From: Trueperaceae bacterium
Lineage (GTDB): Bacteria > Deinococcota > Deinococci > Deinococcales > Trueperaceae
Direction of reading: 5' to 3'
Assembly: GCA_965215565.1 (NCBI GenBank)
Contig: CBDCDZ010000004.1
Location: 2,816,001 to 2,880,000 of the forward strand
DNA length: 64,000 bases
Positions 11,202 through 20,100 of this stretch are shown in pieces. Each line of letters begins with the position of its first letter. Positions within the stretch are counted from its first letter, which is position 1. The translations under genes were made by a program, and so were the position numbers. The notes beneath the pieces were generated by a model that saw only the letters and a program-made list of their open reading frames with translations, did not search any database and had not been told where the DNA came from.

Positions 11202-13685
11202 TTAGTTCACGCGGAAGATCACCTGAACGCAAGGTTCATCACCGATGGGATCGGCTTCTCCCTGCTCTTCAAGAGCAATCACTCCACGGCGCGCATAGAG
11301 GCGCAACAACCGCAAAGAGGTAGACTCGCGGCAGTCCGCGCTCCACCATTCGCCGTCGTTACAGCGCTCTAATAGCGCACGCAACAGCACGTTAGAATGC
11401 TGTTGGTATTCGGGTAAAACGGCCAAATCCGCGATGTAGCGGTTGGCACTATCAAAGGTGGCGTACCCGATAACGCCAGCTTCTTCATGTAGGAGCACAA
11501 GGCTTTGGCTGGTAGCCCCGGCTGTGGACACATAGTCCCAGCCTTCGGGGTACACAGCCTCAGCGATGTACTCGGCAGCGTCGAGGTCCTCCTCCAGTCC
11601 CCCGCGCACCCAGACCATTGACTGGCCTTGGATGATTGCAGGGGCGGAGGGGTTCTCCGCTACCAGAACTTGATTTTTTGAGTCGGAGTAGTCCTCCTCG
11701 CCGTACCCCTCTGGAAGGGGTAGAGCTTCGGTGGCTTCCCACCGACTCAGATCGAGGTCGCTCAGACCTGTGCCGATAGTTACCTTGCGGCAACCTTCAG
11801 CGCAGAGGTGCTGAGCAACCTCTTCATAAATTTGCGCAATGACATTGTGTTGGTTCGGGGACAAGCCCTTCGCCTCCACATTATCAAAGCAAACGGACCG
11901 AAATCCGTCGTGCTGGGTTTGCCAAGCCCAGCTCCCAGCTAGAATTTCGCCGTCCTCTTCGATGACAAACAACTGGCTGAAAACGTCAGCCACGGTGCTC
12001 ACCGCGCAGGCGGCACCGAAGCCCTCGAAATGTTGACAGCAGTTCGTGTACTGTCCAAAAAATCCGACTCTTACGTCGGACCGAGGGAGAAAGCGGCCAA
12101 CATAGCCGCCGACTTCCCAGCGCTGGGTGGAGTCGAACGGCTCAGCCACATTTTGGCCGTCCAGATATATCTGCTCGAAAGCAGAATAATCTAATTCTGC
12201 AACGCCCCAATGAGCGGCTTCTAAGGCAAAAGCCCCATGCCGCTGCCCCACGTACTTGCGGGTGCGGCAGGCCGCCAACAGCTCTTTCCAGGGAAGCTTA
12301 CGCTCCTCCTGGGAGAGGTCAGCCCAGTTCTTGGAAACAATTTCCAATTCTGGTAGGGGGCGCGTGCCATTGCGGAACAGCACATGTTCCAACCCTTTGA
12401 GGGCGGCTGGCCCTTCCCTTTGGGGCAGCCAGTAGGATGCGTCGTGGCCGGAACGGCCTAACGCCGCCTGCTTTCGCAGCCACTCACCCCACCGCTTTCC
12501 GAAGGTCACAGCGAGGTAAAGCCCGCTGTGACCGTACCAAGCTAGGTCGGTCCAGTCGATGTAACTATCCCACTCCTCAGAGTGGAGCGCTTCAGTCGCC
12601 TTCTTCCAAGCACTACTTTTCAGGCCAATGATTTGGCCCGGAAGTGCCGCGAAGGCCAGCGCCTTCACCTGTTCCGGTGGCAAAGCCTTGCCGTGGATGG
12701 CAAAAGCCACCCGACGGCGGGTCGCCTCATTGTCCGGCAGGTCGTTTGCAACGGCAGCTAAGCCACCGTTGCGACAGGCTTCATTGAAGCCGTGCCAGAA
12801 ATTTAGCCGCACCTGGCGGTTACGTCGCCAGTGCGCCGGGCTCACCTCATTGGCGAGGCGGGTGGCAACCGCCACCGCCACGAGGCGCTTTTTGAGTGGA
12901 AGACGCCCTAAACGGACGGACTCCCGCTTCCAAGGACGAAAGACGGGCGACATCCGCCACATAGTCGCCGCCGCGACGAGGTCGCGGGGTCGCCCTGGGC
13001 GGCAGAGGTCCACCGACTCGTTCAGGGCGACTTGCGCCTTGACCCAAAGGGGTAGGCGCTTAAATATCTTCGCTGTCGCTACAGCGAAGACTCTAACGGG
13101 GTCGCTATCCCCCTTGATTTTCTCCTCGAGCTGGAGAAAAGCTCGAGCGTCCTCGCCGGTGCGACACCCGGCAAGGTAGAGTTTATCGACCACCGCCGTA
13201 CTGGGCCTGGGACGGAGTGCGCCGACTATCGCCTGGCGCACTCCGTACTCCTCGCGCAGCTTCCCGAAGTCGGGAAGAGGAAGAAGTTGTACTTCCTCCT
13301 CGAATTCATCTGCCCCGAAGTCTTCTTCGACCTCCTCGGGGTATTCCTCGATTTCCTCGAGATATTCGAAATCTTCGGGGTCTTCTTTGACCCCGTCGGC
13401 CTCCTCGAGCCGACGAAGGTAGGCGTGAGCCAGTACCCACGCCTGTGCGTCTCCCCGGACTATCATCCGGGCTCCAGCTTCGGCCCGTGACAGGCCGAAG
13501 CTGGACATTCCCCTCCTTTCTATCTCCGCCCAAGCGAAGAAGCGCTCCCACGCTTCTTCTGCTGATTGTGCCCTTTGGCACATAAATTTCATGTCAGTGG
13601 CAATGAAACCACCACTGACAATGATCTCCCGCTGGGCGGGAGGTAGGGCAGAGCGTTTTAGAAAATCTTGGATTTCGATATACAT
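11202..13685 (-). CDS. large multidomain protein with a TNCCQH...SWAW...FDNVE domain and a C-terminal GNAT-like domain
   Basis: open frame of more than 820 codons; C-terminal IGYATFD..YIADLAVLPEYQ GNAT motif; start uncertain (the ORF-track start 13832 lies inside a terminator, ATG 13685 chosen). Confidence 0.7.
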   Translation of the reverse strand: MYIEIQDFLKRSALPPAQREIIVSGGFIATDMKFMCQRAQSAEEAWERFFAWAEIERRGMSSFGLSRAEAGARMIVRGDAQAWVLAHAYLRRLEEADGVKEDPEDFEYLEEIEEYPEEVEEDFGADEFEEEVQLLPLPDFGKLREEYGVRQAIVGALRPRPSTAVVDKLYLAGCRTGEDARAFLQLEEKIKGDSDPVRVFAVATAKIFKRLPLWVKAQVALNESVDLCRPGRPRDLVAAATMWRMSPVFRPWKRESVRLGRLPLKKRLVAVAVATRLANEVSPAHWRRNRQVRLNFWHGFNEACRNGGLAAVANDLPDNEATRRRVAFAIHGKALPPEQVKALAFAALPGQIIGLKSSAWKKATEALHSEEWDSYIDWTDLAWYGHSGLYLAVTFGKRWGEWLRKQAALGRSGHDASYWLPQREGPAALKGLEHVLFRNGTRPLPELEIVSKNWADLSQEERKLPWKELLAACRTRKYVGQRHGAFALEAAHWGVAELDYSAFEQIYLDGQNVAEPFDSTQRWEVGGYVGRFLPRSDVRVGFFGQYTNCCQHFEGFGAACAVSTVADVFSQLFVIEEDGEILAGSWAWQTQHDGFRSVCFDNVEAKGLSPNQHNVIAQIYEEVAQHLCAEGCRKVTIGTGLSDLDLSRWEATEALPLPEGYGEEDYSDSKNQVLVAENPSAPAIIQGQSMVWVRGGLEEDLDAAEYIAEAVYPEGWDYVSTAGATSQSLVLLHEEAGVIGYATFDSANRYIADLAVLPEYQQHSNVLLRALLERCNDGEWWSADCRESTSLRLLRLYARRGVIALEEQGEADPIGDEPCVQVIFRVN

Positions 13686-13819
13686 AACTTTACCCGCTTC
13701 TACGGCGGGTCCTAATTTAGTTGGTAGCCGTATTGCTACCTCCTCCACCCTAAACCTTTCTCCAACAGCGCGTGAGAATAAGGATAAACAGCGTGCAGAA
13801 CGGCGCAAACCACACAACC

Positions 13820-13853
13820 AAAAAAAAGACACCCCTTTGTAGCGAGGGTGTCT
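13820..13853 (-). terminator. intrinsic terminator after the NUDIX gene
   Basis: GACACCCT-N8-AGGGTGTC followed by a T-run on the minus strand. Confidence 0.7.
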
Positions 13854-13938
13854 TAATATCCTCTTCCGTAGAGATGAGAGGACGGAGTTTGGTAACGCGG
13901 TGGCTCCTCGTCCGCGCGGATGTTACTTATTCTCTAGG

Positions 13939-14472
13939 CTACTGCCAGGAGAAGTAAGTGGATTTGTCCGGTTGCCGCTCTATGTAACCTCGGGGGTCAT
14001 AGGCTTCAACCGGCAGCTCAACGCTTAGATTGATTACTCGGTATACGCTCACCAATCCAGGATACGAAGGAGAGGTTTTCACCTTCTCCTCAGTATCGCC
14101 CTGCAAGAAGTCGAGAGTACCTGCTATTTCAGCGGATAGTCCCAACTCTTCTTGGAGGGCGCGTTTCGCCGCAGCAAATGGGTCCTCACCTGGCTTGAAC
14201 TTTTCAGCCAAGGCGGTGAGTCCCCGTTCACGGACTCGTCCATCCACGAAAACCTGACGGTCTTCGACCAGTTTCTCCCCGTAGGGAGACTGGATTTCTA
14301 TGGAAACTAAAGAGATAACGCGGCGCAGAACGCCGCCCTCGACTTCGAAAACGGTTTCACCCTCCTCTACCTCTTTCAGGAGGTGAGCTAAGGTTTTCGC
14401 CTCCCCCTTCCCAAAAAGGTTAGGGTTGACGTTGTTTTCGTTGAGTAGAGAGACAAGAGATTTAATATCCAT
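13939..14472 (-). CDS. NUDIX-fold protein
   Basis: EKFKPGEDPFAAAKRALQEELGL degenerate Nudix box. Confidence 0.7.
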   Translation of the reverse strand: MDIKSLVSLLNENNVNPNLFGKGEAKTLAHLLKEVEEGETVFEVEGGVLRRVISLVSIEIQSPYGEKLVEDRQVFVDGRVRERGLTALAEKFKPGEDPFAAAKRALQEELGLSAEIAGTLDFLQGDTEEKVKTSPSYPGLVSVYRVINLSVELPVEAYDPRGYIERQPDKSTYFSWQ

Positions 14473-14661
14473 GTTGTTATCCTATATACGTTTCTACACG
14501 TAGTATGACAGGCTCGAGCCCCCCACGCGCAGCTAAGCCAGGGCGCAAATGAGGTTATCCAACACTGCTAGCCCTACCATCCTCTGGTTTAGCCGCCTCT
14601 ACACAGGTCTAAAGCTAAAGGTTGACGTTCTGAATACAGTCCTTTAGGTACATCTCGAGCC

Positions 14662-14808
14662 TTACCAAAGCCTTAAAGCTGCCACATCAAAGCGGAACCT
14701 CTGCGCAGGTCCCAACCTTTCCAAGGAGAAGTCTGGATGAGACGGGTTGATGAGGTAAGTGTGCTCTTGTAGAAGCGCCACGCAAGCGTTTAGGATGCGG
14801 TAGCTCAA
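14662..14808 (-). pseudogene. internally deleted RES-toxin remnant
   Basis: reads LSYRILNA-CVALLQEHTYLINPSHPDFSLERLGPAQRFRFD; 14687-14766 matches 15588-15667 with about 7 mismatches in 80 nt. Confidence 0.75.
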
Positions 14809-14821
14809 AAGCCGCTGCGCT

Positions 14822-15256
14822 TCACGAGATTGTTGTGCCTTCTGCAGGATATCGCCCCAGCGCCTGCAACGCTTCGCGCTCCAAGAGCCTCTCGCGGATG
14901 TTGAGTTGCAGCAGGCGTTCGGTCACACGAGCTACATCTGTAAGCGGCGCAATGTGCACGCCGCTCAGGTCAAAGTGACTCATCCAGCGATCCTCTCGGG
15001 GGTTGTAAAAGCGGACGAACGCATCGGTGCGCCGGTCGATAGAGCCTACATCGCTCCCCTTGGCACGGTTACAGACTATACAAGCAAGCGCTAAATTATC
15101 CTCTTCGGTCGCTCCGCCGTGCTTCTCGCTGATGATGTGGTCGATTTGCAGCGCGTAGTAGCTATCGTCTTCGTGAATCAAGCAGTATTCGCAGCATTTT
15201 CTCGCCCTATCTGCCACGTACTGGCGCAGGTCAGCAGAGATATACGCTTTACTCAC
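14822..15256 (-). CDS. HNH endonuclease (putative toxin)
   Basis: CCEYC, IDHIISEKHGG, NLALACIVCNRAKG, FYNPR. Confidence 0.9.
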   Translation of the reverse strand: MSKAYISADLRQYVADRARKCCEYCLIHEDDSYYALQIDHIISEKHGGATEEDNLALACIVCNRAKGSDVGSIDRRTDAFVRFYNPREDRWMSHFDLSGVHIAPLTDVARVTERLLQLNIRERLLEREALQALGRYPAEGTTIS

Positions 15257-15482
15257 CCAGGAGACGCCTAGCCTTCGCCTTCGCTAAACGCATGACGTGC
15301 TCGAGCTGCATGTACTGGTCTAGCTCACGGCGCTCGTCCTCGGACAACCCCTGTGCCCTCTCCCTCTCGACGAGTTCTTCGAGACGCGCCTGCGCCTGTT
15401 CAGAGGGGCGAAAGGAGACGACGCTCGAGGGGTTCGCGCCCGCGATTAGGTCAACGATCTCTTGGTAAGCGAGGATTGCCAT
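15249..15482 (-). CDS. small helical protein, putative antitoxin of the HNH gene
   Basis: FRPSEQAQARLEELVER...ELDQYMQLEHVMRLAKAKA; TACAAT 6 nt before ATG 15482; overlaps the HNH start. Confidence 0.75.
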   Translation of the reverse strand: MAILAYQEIVDLIAGANPSSVVSFRPSEQAQARLEELVERERAQGLSEDERRELDQYMQLEHVMRLAKAKARRLLGE

Positions 15483-15559
15483 AGCCCTATTGTACCTTGT
15501 AGCAGGTATGCTCCACCATTCGTTTGCACCATTCAACGATAAGGAAGAGCCCTCAGCCC

Positions 15560-16042
15560 CTACTCCAACAAGCTCACCACCCGCGCGTCAAAGCGGAACC
15601 TCTGCGCAGGTCCCAACCTCTCCAAGGAGAAGCCCGGATGAGCTGGGTTGATGAGGTAGTTGTGCTCCTGGGGTAAGACCGCACTCGGCACGCGCAAGAG
15701 CAACGAAGCCTGCCGCGCCGCCCAGTCGTCGCCTATCTGCTGGGTAAGTTTTGGCGGCGGCGCGTGCCAATTCGGGGGGACCGGCTTGCGGTTCCAGTCC
15801 TCGGGAAGCTGCTCGTCAGAGAGGCGCAAAGCGTCCGCCTCCTCAAAGTGAAATTCGTGGACCCACAATCCTTCTAAGCCGCGCACTGAGAGGGTGTGAA
15901 CGAGCCGCTCCAACGAGGCGAGGGCGAGTGAGCCTGAGGTGTAGACAACGCGGGTGCCGGGGCTGTTCCAGCGCCCCCCGGCCCTGGCTGCGCCAACGCC
16001 GCTAAACGCATCCGCAGCGTGGTGGTAGGGCTCGCTTACCAA
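15560..16042 (-). CDS. RES-domain toxin (NAD+ phosphorylase type)
   Basis: GGRWNSPGTRVVYTS..LASLE, VPSAV, NYLINPAHP; the true start may be a few codons upstream. Confidence 0.92.
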   Translation of the reverse strand: MVSEPYHHAADAFSGVGAARAGGRWNSPGTRVVYTSGSLALASLERLVHTLSVRGLEGLWVHEFHFEEADALRLSDEQLPEDWNRKPVPPNWHAPPPKLTQQIGDDWAARQASLLLRVPSAVLPQEHNYLINPAHPGFSLERLGPAQRFRFDARVVSLLE

Positions 16043-16053
16043 TCGGTAGCATG

Positions 16054-16473
16054 TCAGAGCACAACACCCTCAGCAATTTGCCGCAAGTAGCGCTCCACAG
16101 CCTCTAAGCCCGGCGCAGTGCGGGCGAGGGTGAGGGGCGACGTGCCGAGGTTGGGGTTAGGCTCTCTCAGCCAACGCCGTGCGTCCTCAGGATGCCCGAT
16201 GGCTTGCTCAGCCTGCTCGAGCAAACGCCGCACCTCGTACACGCGGCTCGACTCCGCCGCGCTCAGGCGCTTACCGCGCCGCCGCGCCAAGGTGCCGCCG
16301 CTCAGTCCAAGTACATCGGCTAACTCGCGCTGGGTCAGCCCTAAATCCTGCGCTAACGTCTCGAAGGCGGCGAAAGGATAACCCGCCTCAACCTGACTGA
16401 TGAGTTGAGGCAGGGAGGGTTGCGGCTTTGGGCTCACCGCGTTCACGTGCGGTACGAAAACATTCATGCCCAT
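16054..16473 (-). CDS. Xre/MbcA/ParS antitoxin
   Basis: HTH plus ARRWLREPNPNLG..PL C-terminal domain; adjacent to the RES gene. Confidence 0.9.
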   Translation of the reverse strand: MGMNVFVPHVNAVSPKPQPSLPQLISQVEAGYPFAAFETLAQDLGLTQRELADVLGLSGGTLARRRGKRLSAAESSRVYEVRRLLEQAEQAIGHPEDARRWLREPNPNLGTSPLTLARTAPGLEAVERYLRQIAEGVVL

Positions 16474-16634
16474 ATGATAGCACGAAAAGGACCGTTTGAA
16501 TTTTGTATATGAGGTGTGCCTTCGGTGACGGGTACATTCGGACGCTACGAACAGCGAATAGGGACGAATTTCGCCCTGGGTTCCACGTCACCCCGGTCAT
16601 AGGGCTCTAGGGGCGGCTCGAGGTGAGTACGCCG

Positions 16635-17063
16635 CTAAGCAAGGGGCAGCGCGACCTGAGCCAAATCTGTTTGGGAGAAGTCCTCACCGACGAAGGCCAG
16701 CACCTCATCTCGGTTGGCGGCTAGCGCGTAAACGACCACATCGCCGAAGTTCAGCCCTGCCGGGTGCCCCTGCCCCTTGCCGTAACGGGAGTACGCCCGC
16801 TGCGCAAGCCGCGCTTGCGCCGCGCCAAAAGGGACAACTTCCGCGCCGAGTGTATCTAAAAGCGCATCTATGACCGTCTCGGGGTCCTCCTCAGCAACTG
16901 AGGAGCCGCCACGCCTTTGGCGGCCTTTAAGAACGGCGTGTACCTCTACGAGCGACACCGCCGAGAGGGTGAGACGCGGCTGCGAGGCCAAAAAGCGCAG
17001 GCTCTCCTGCCAGCCCGTTTCCCGAAAGACAATATGAATAAGGACGCTCGAGTCAACAACCAT
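16635..17063 (-). CDS. VapC toxin
   Basis: MVVDSS, RYGKGQGHPAGLNFGD, FVGEDFSQTD. Confidence 0.92.
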   Translation of the reverse strand: MVVDSSVLIHIVFRETGWQESLRFLASQPRLTLSAVSLVEVHAVLKGRQRRGGSSVAEEDPETVIDALLDTLGAEVVPFGAAQARLAQRAYSRYGKGQGHPAGLNFGDVVVYALAANRDEVLAFVGEDFSQTDLAQVALPLA

Positions 17064-17086
17064 GTAAGTTCAAACAACTGCGCACG

Positions 17087-17335
17087 CTAAAGCTCGAGCA
17101 GCGCCTCTTGCTCAGCTTTGCTAGGCGCTCTACCTAAGCTCTCTGGTTCGATAAGGGGGTGCAAGCGCTCTCGGGCTAAACGGATGGCGGCGTCGGCTCG
17201 CTTATCAGCCTCTAAGCTCTTCAGGTACAGCTCGAGAGCGTCCGTCAGGGTCTCCGTCTTGCCCCGCTCGGTCAGTTGGGCTGCGCGGTCTAGGAGTTCT
17301 GCCGCTCGAGCGTTCTTGACATTGATCTGTTTCAT
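17087..17335 (-). CDS. VapB antitoxin
   Basis: INVKNARAAELL..AAQLTERGKTETLTDAL; palindrome TTTCTATAGAAA upstream (17353-17364). Confidence 0.8.
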   Translation of the reverse strand: MKQINVKNARAAELLDRAAQLTERGKTETLTDALELYLKSLEADKRADAAIRLARERLHPLIEPESLGRAPSKAEQEALLEL

Positions 17336-17861
17336 AAGGTCAGCTTAGCAAATTTCTATAGAAAAGTCGAGATGTTCTATAACCATACGCGGCTCTCTAA
17401 GACCACTCGACACAGAGCCCACACCCCCGCAAACTCGCACAAGCCCCGTTATAGACGCAAAAATTGCACCCGCAAGAGGTATTCAGCGGCGAGATTTACT
17501 TCGGTCAACCCCTCTGAATGCGCCGCCACCCCTCATTCGCAACAAAACGCCCTTTACCCCGTCCAGCACGCACCTCTTCACCTCAACGAGCTACCCAACA
17601 CGCACCCCTACTACCAGACGAGCCCCATTCACATGCGCCCCGCTGTGAAGCCGCACCGGAGCGAGAAATGCTGTGTAGCACGCGAAAGGTGGGGGTTGAG
17701 GCGGGGTGTTTGGGTTGGGTGAGGTGGGGCTGGGCTCGAGGGTGAGAGTCGTCTCGTCACCTTGCCCCCTCTTCATCCCCGTGGCGCAGCCTAAAGGACG
17801 CGCGCCGCCCCCTCCTTTGCTAAGCTGACGGTGTCGTTTTAGCGTTGGAGGAATAGACGCA

Positions 17862-18095
17862 ATGACAAAAGAAAATGCAAAAGTGCTTCGCTTATTGAAG
17901 CATTACACCAAACGGGGCTGGTACAAGCCATGCTCCGACTTCCTGACTCAGCTAGAGATAGCCAGTCAGGAAAAAGAGGAGATGCAGCAACTGCTGGATA
18001 CCCTCTCCTCTTCAGAAGGTGTAGTGTTCTACTACAACTACTGGAGACTCTCGAGGAAGCTTGATGGGCTGCTCGAGAGAGAAGACCGTGCTTAA
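17862..18095 (+). CDS. hypothetical protein
   Basis: GGAGG RBS, 77-aa ORF. Confidence 0.55.
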   Translation: MTKENAKVLRLLKHYTKRGWYKPCSDFLTQLEIASQEKEEMQQLLDTLSSSEGVVFYYNYWRLSRKLDGLLEREDRA

Positions 18096-18193
18096 ACGCC
18101 CGGTTTTAAGGTGAGCCTTCCCAGGTTCACCTTTCTTATTACACTGAACTTATTCCGCCGCCGTTTTTTCATTGGAGTGCCGGGCTGCGCGTT

Positions 18194-19126
18194 TTACTTC
18201 TTCCGCTTAAACCAACCGAAGCGGCTTCCTTTCACCTCTTCTGTCACCTCGGCGGCGTCGCTCTGCGTCTGCTTCACGCGGCTCGCCCGCCCGACTTGGG
18301 GTGGCAGTTGCACGGTGTCGGCGCTGAGCCCGGCGGCTTTGCTAAAGGCGGTGATAAAGTCGCGCACGGTCTTGAAGCGTTTGCTCTGATCGCGCGACAT
18401 GGCTGTTTTGACGACGCTGTTGACGGTGGCGCTTAGCTCGGGGCGGTGATGGCGCAAGTTTTTGGGTAAGCCCGAGAGGTGCGCCATCATCAAGTCTTGC
18501 TGCGTGTTGCCCGTGAAAGGACGCTCACCTGCAATGACCTCATAGGCGAGGATGCCTAAGCTGTACACGTCGCTCTGGACGGTGGCGTTGTGACCTTGAA
18601 AGATTTCGGGAGCCATGTAGAAGGCGGTGCCGACGCGCTCGCTGGACGTTTCGGTCAGGTAGAGCCCGGTGCCGAAGTCGCCTAGCTTGGCCCGGTCCTC
18701 AGCGACGAGAAAGACGTTGGCGGGTTTGATGTCGCGGTGGAGAATCTGGCGCGTGTGGGCGTGCGCGAGCCCTTTAGCCACGTCCATGATGAGCTTATAG
18801 GCAAGCTCTAAAGGGAGTTGACCGCGCTCTAAAAGCCGCTGGTCCAGGGTTCCGCCGGGGCACAGCTCGAGCGCCAAAAACGCCCCGTCCCCGGTAGGAT
18901 GACCGCCCAACGCGCCGACGATATTAGGATGTCTGAGGTTCATCGTAAACTGCACTTCGTTTTCGAACATGCGCCGCAAGACGGGCTGCGCGTGCAGCTC
19001 AGGTCTCGGTAGTTTAAGCGCGACTTCCCCCTGCTTGGGGTGCCCGGCGCGGTAGACGTAGGAGGTCTGACCGGAGCCTAAGAGCCGGAACACTTGATAG
19101 TCAGGGGGGGTGTAGGTGGGTTCCAT
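18194..19126 (-). CDS. Hanks-type Ser/Thr protein kinase
   Basis: LGSG, VALK, HRDIKPAN, DFG, YMAPE, DVYSLG. Confidence 0.95.
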   Translation of the reverse strand: MEPTYTPPDYQVFRLLGSGQTSYVYRAGHPKQGEVALKLPRPELHAQPVLRRMFENEVQFTMNLRHPNIVGALGGHPTGDGAFLALELCPGGTLDQRLLERGQLPLELAYKLIMDVAKGLAHAHTRQILHRDIKPANVFLVAEDRAKLGDFGTGLYLTETSSERVGTAFYMAPEIFQGHNATVQSDVYSLGILAYEVIAGERPFTGNTQQDLMMAHLSGLPKNLRHHRPELSATVNSVVKTAMSRDQSKRFKTVRDFITAFSKAAGLSADTVQLPPQVGRASRVKQTQSDAAEVTEEVKGSRFGWFKRKK

Positions 19127-19140
19127 AGAGGGGGGTGTCC

Positions 19141-19815
19141 TTAAAGGTCGGTGCTCTCTCCGGGGGACAAGACGGTGCAGCGGCTATCCGTTTGGCTCTC
19201 GACGGAGGACTTGAACGCCTCGGGGTCTTGCTGGATGACCTCGAAGGTGTTGTAGTGAACGGGGATGACCCTTTGAGGCTGGATCATCTTGACGGCCTCG
19301 AGCGCGTCCTCCGGTCCCATCGTGAAGTTGTCGCCGATGGGCAAGATAGCCAAATCGACGCCGCCCCTAGCGATGAGCTTCATGTCGCTGAAGAGCGCCG
19401 TGTCGCCCGCGTGGTAGATGCGCTTGCCTTGGGTCTCGAGGAGAAGACCTGAGGGCATTCCGGCGTAGGTGCCGTCAGGTAGCGAGTTTGAGTGCCACGC
19501 TGGGGTGTAGGTCACTTTGCCGAAAGGAAAGTCAAAGCTGCCGCCGACGTTCATCGGGTGCCCCTGGATGTCTTTTTCGCCCAGATAGTTGACGACTTCG
19601 AAGCTCGAGACCACCGTCGCTCCGCTCCTTTTGGCGATGTTTTCGGTGTCACCGTAGTGGTCGGGGTGCGCGTGCGTCAAGACGATGTGCGAGGGCGAGA
19701 ACTCGTCCGGGCTGTTCACAGCAAGTTCGTTGCCCGAAAGAAACGGGTCAATCAAGATGCTGTGACCGTTTGTTTCGATATGAAAGCCGGATTGTCCTAA
19801 AAAGGTAATCTTCAT
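19141..19815 (-). CDS. UPF0173 metal-dependent hydrolase (MBL fold)
   Basis: THAHPDH, YHAGDT, PIGDNFTMG, PVHYNTF. Confidence 0.92.
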   Translation of the reverse strand: MKITFLGQSGFHIETNGHSILIDPFLSGNELAVNSPDEFSPSHIVLTHAHPDHYGDTENIAKRSGATVVSSFEVVNYLGEKDIQGHPMNVGGSFDFPFGKVTYTPAWHSNSLPDGTYAGMPSGLLLETQGKRIYHAGDTALFSDMKLIARGGVDLAILPIGDNFTMGPEDALEAVKMIQPQRVIPVHYNTFEVIQQDPEAFKSSVESQTDSRCTVLSPGESTDL

Positions 19816-20100
19816 AATGCCTCCTGCATCTTACCGTACGTTCATCATATGGGGTTGTGAAAGTATTCTAACGTGGGGAGGGGTTCCGAAGCGAATACCG
19901 CCGCGCCTCCTTCTGCTGCCGCTACGCTACGCAATCAACAAGGGGTTTCAACTCCTTGCTTTGACATCATCGCTCCAGACAAAGCCACTGCGAGATACGA
20001 TAATAAGTCGGTTGAGCAAGGTGCTGTGTATGGGGAGGCAGGTCAACTCAACAATAGAGTGAGTATTCGGCGACGGTTAAGGCGGTGAGACACGCACTAC

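Noticed and set aside
17372..17776. ORFs between vapB and 17862
   Set aside because: No RBS or recognisable domain, and atypical composition; probably non-coding or decayed DNA.
7906..18100. Integron cassette array (attC sites)
   Set aside because: No RYYYAAC...GTTRRRY-bounded hairpins after the genes and no integrase seen.
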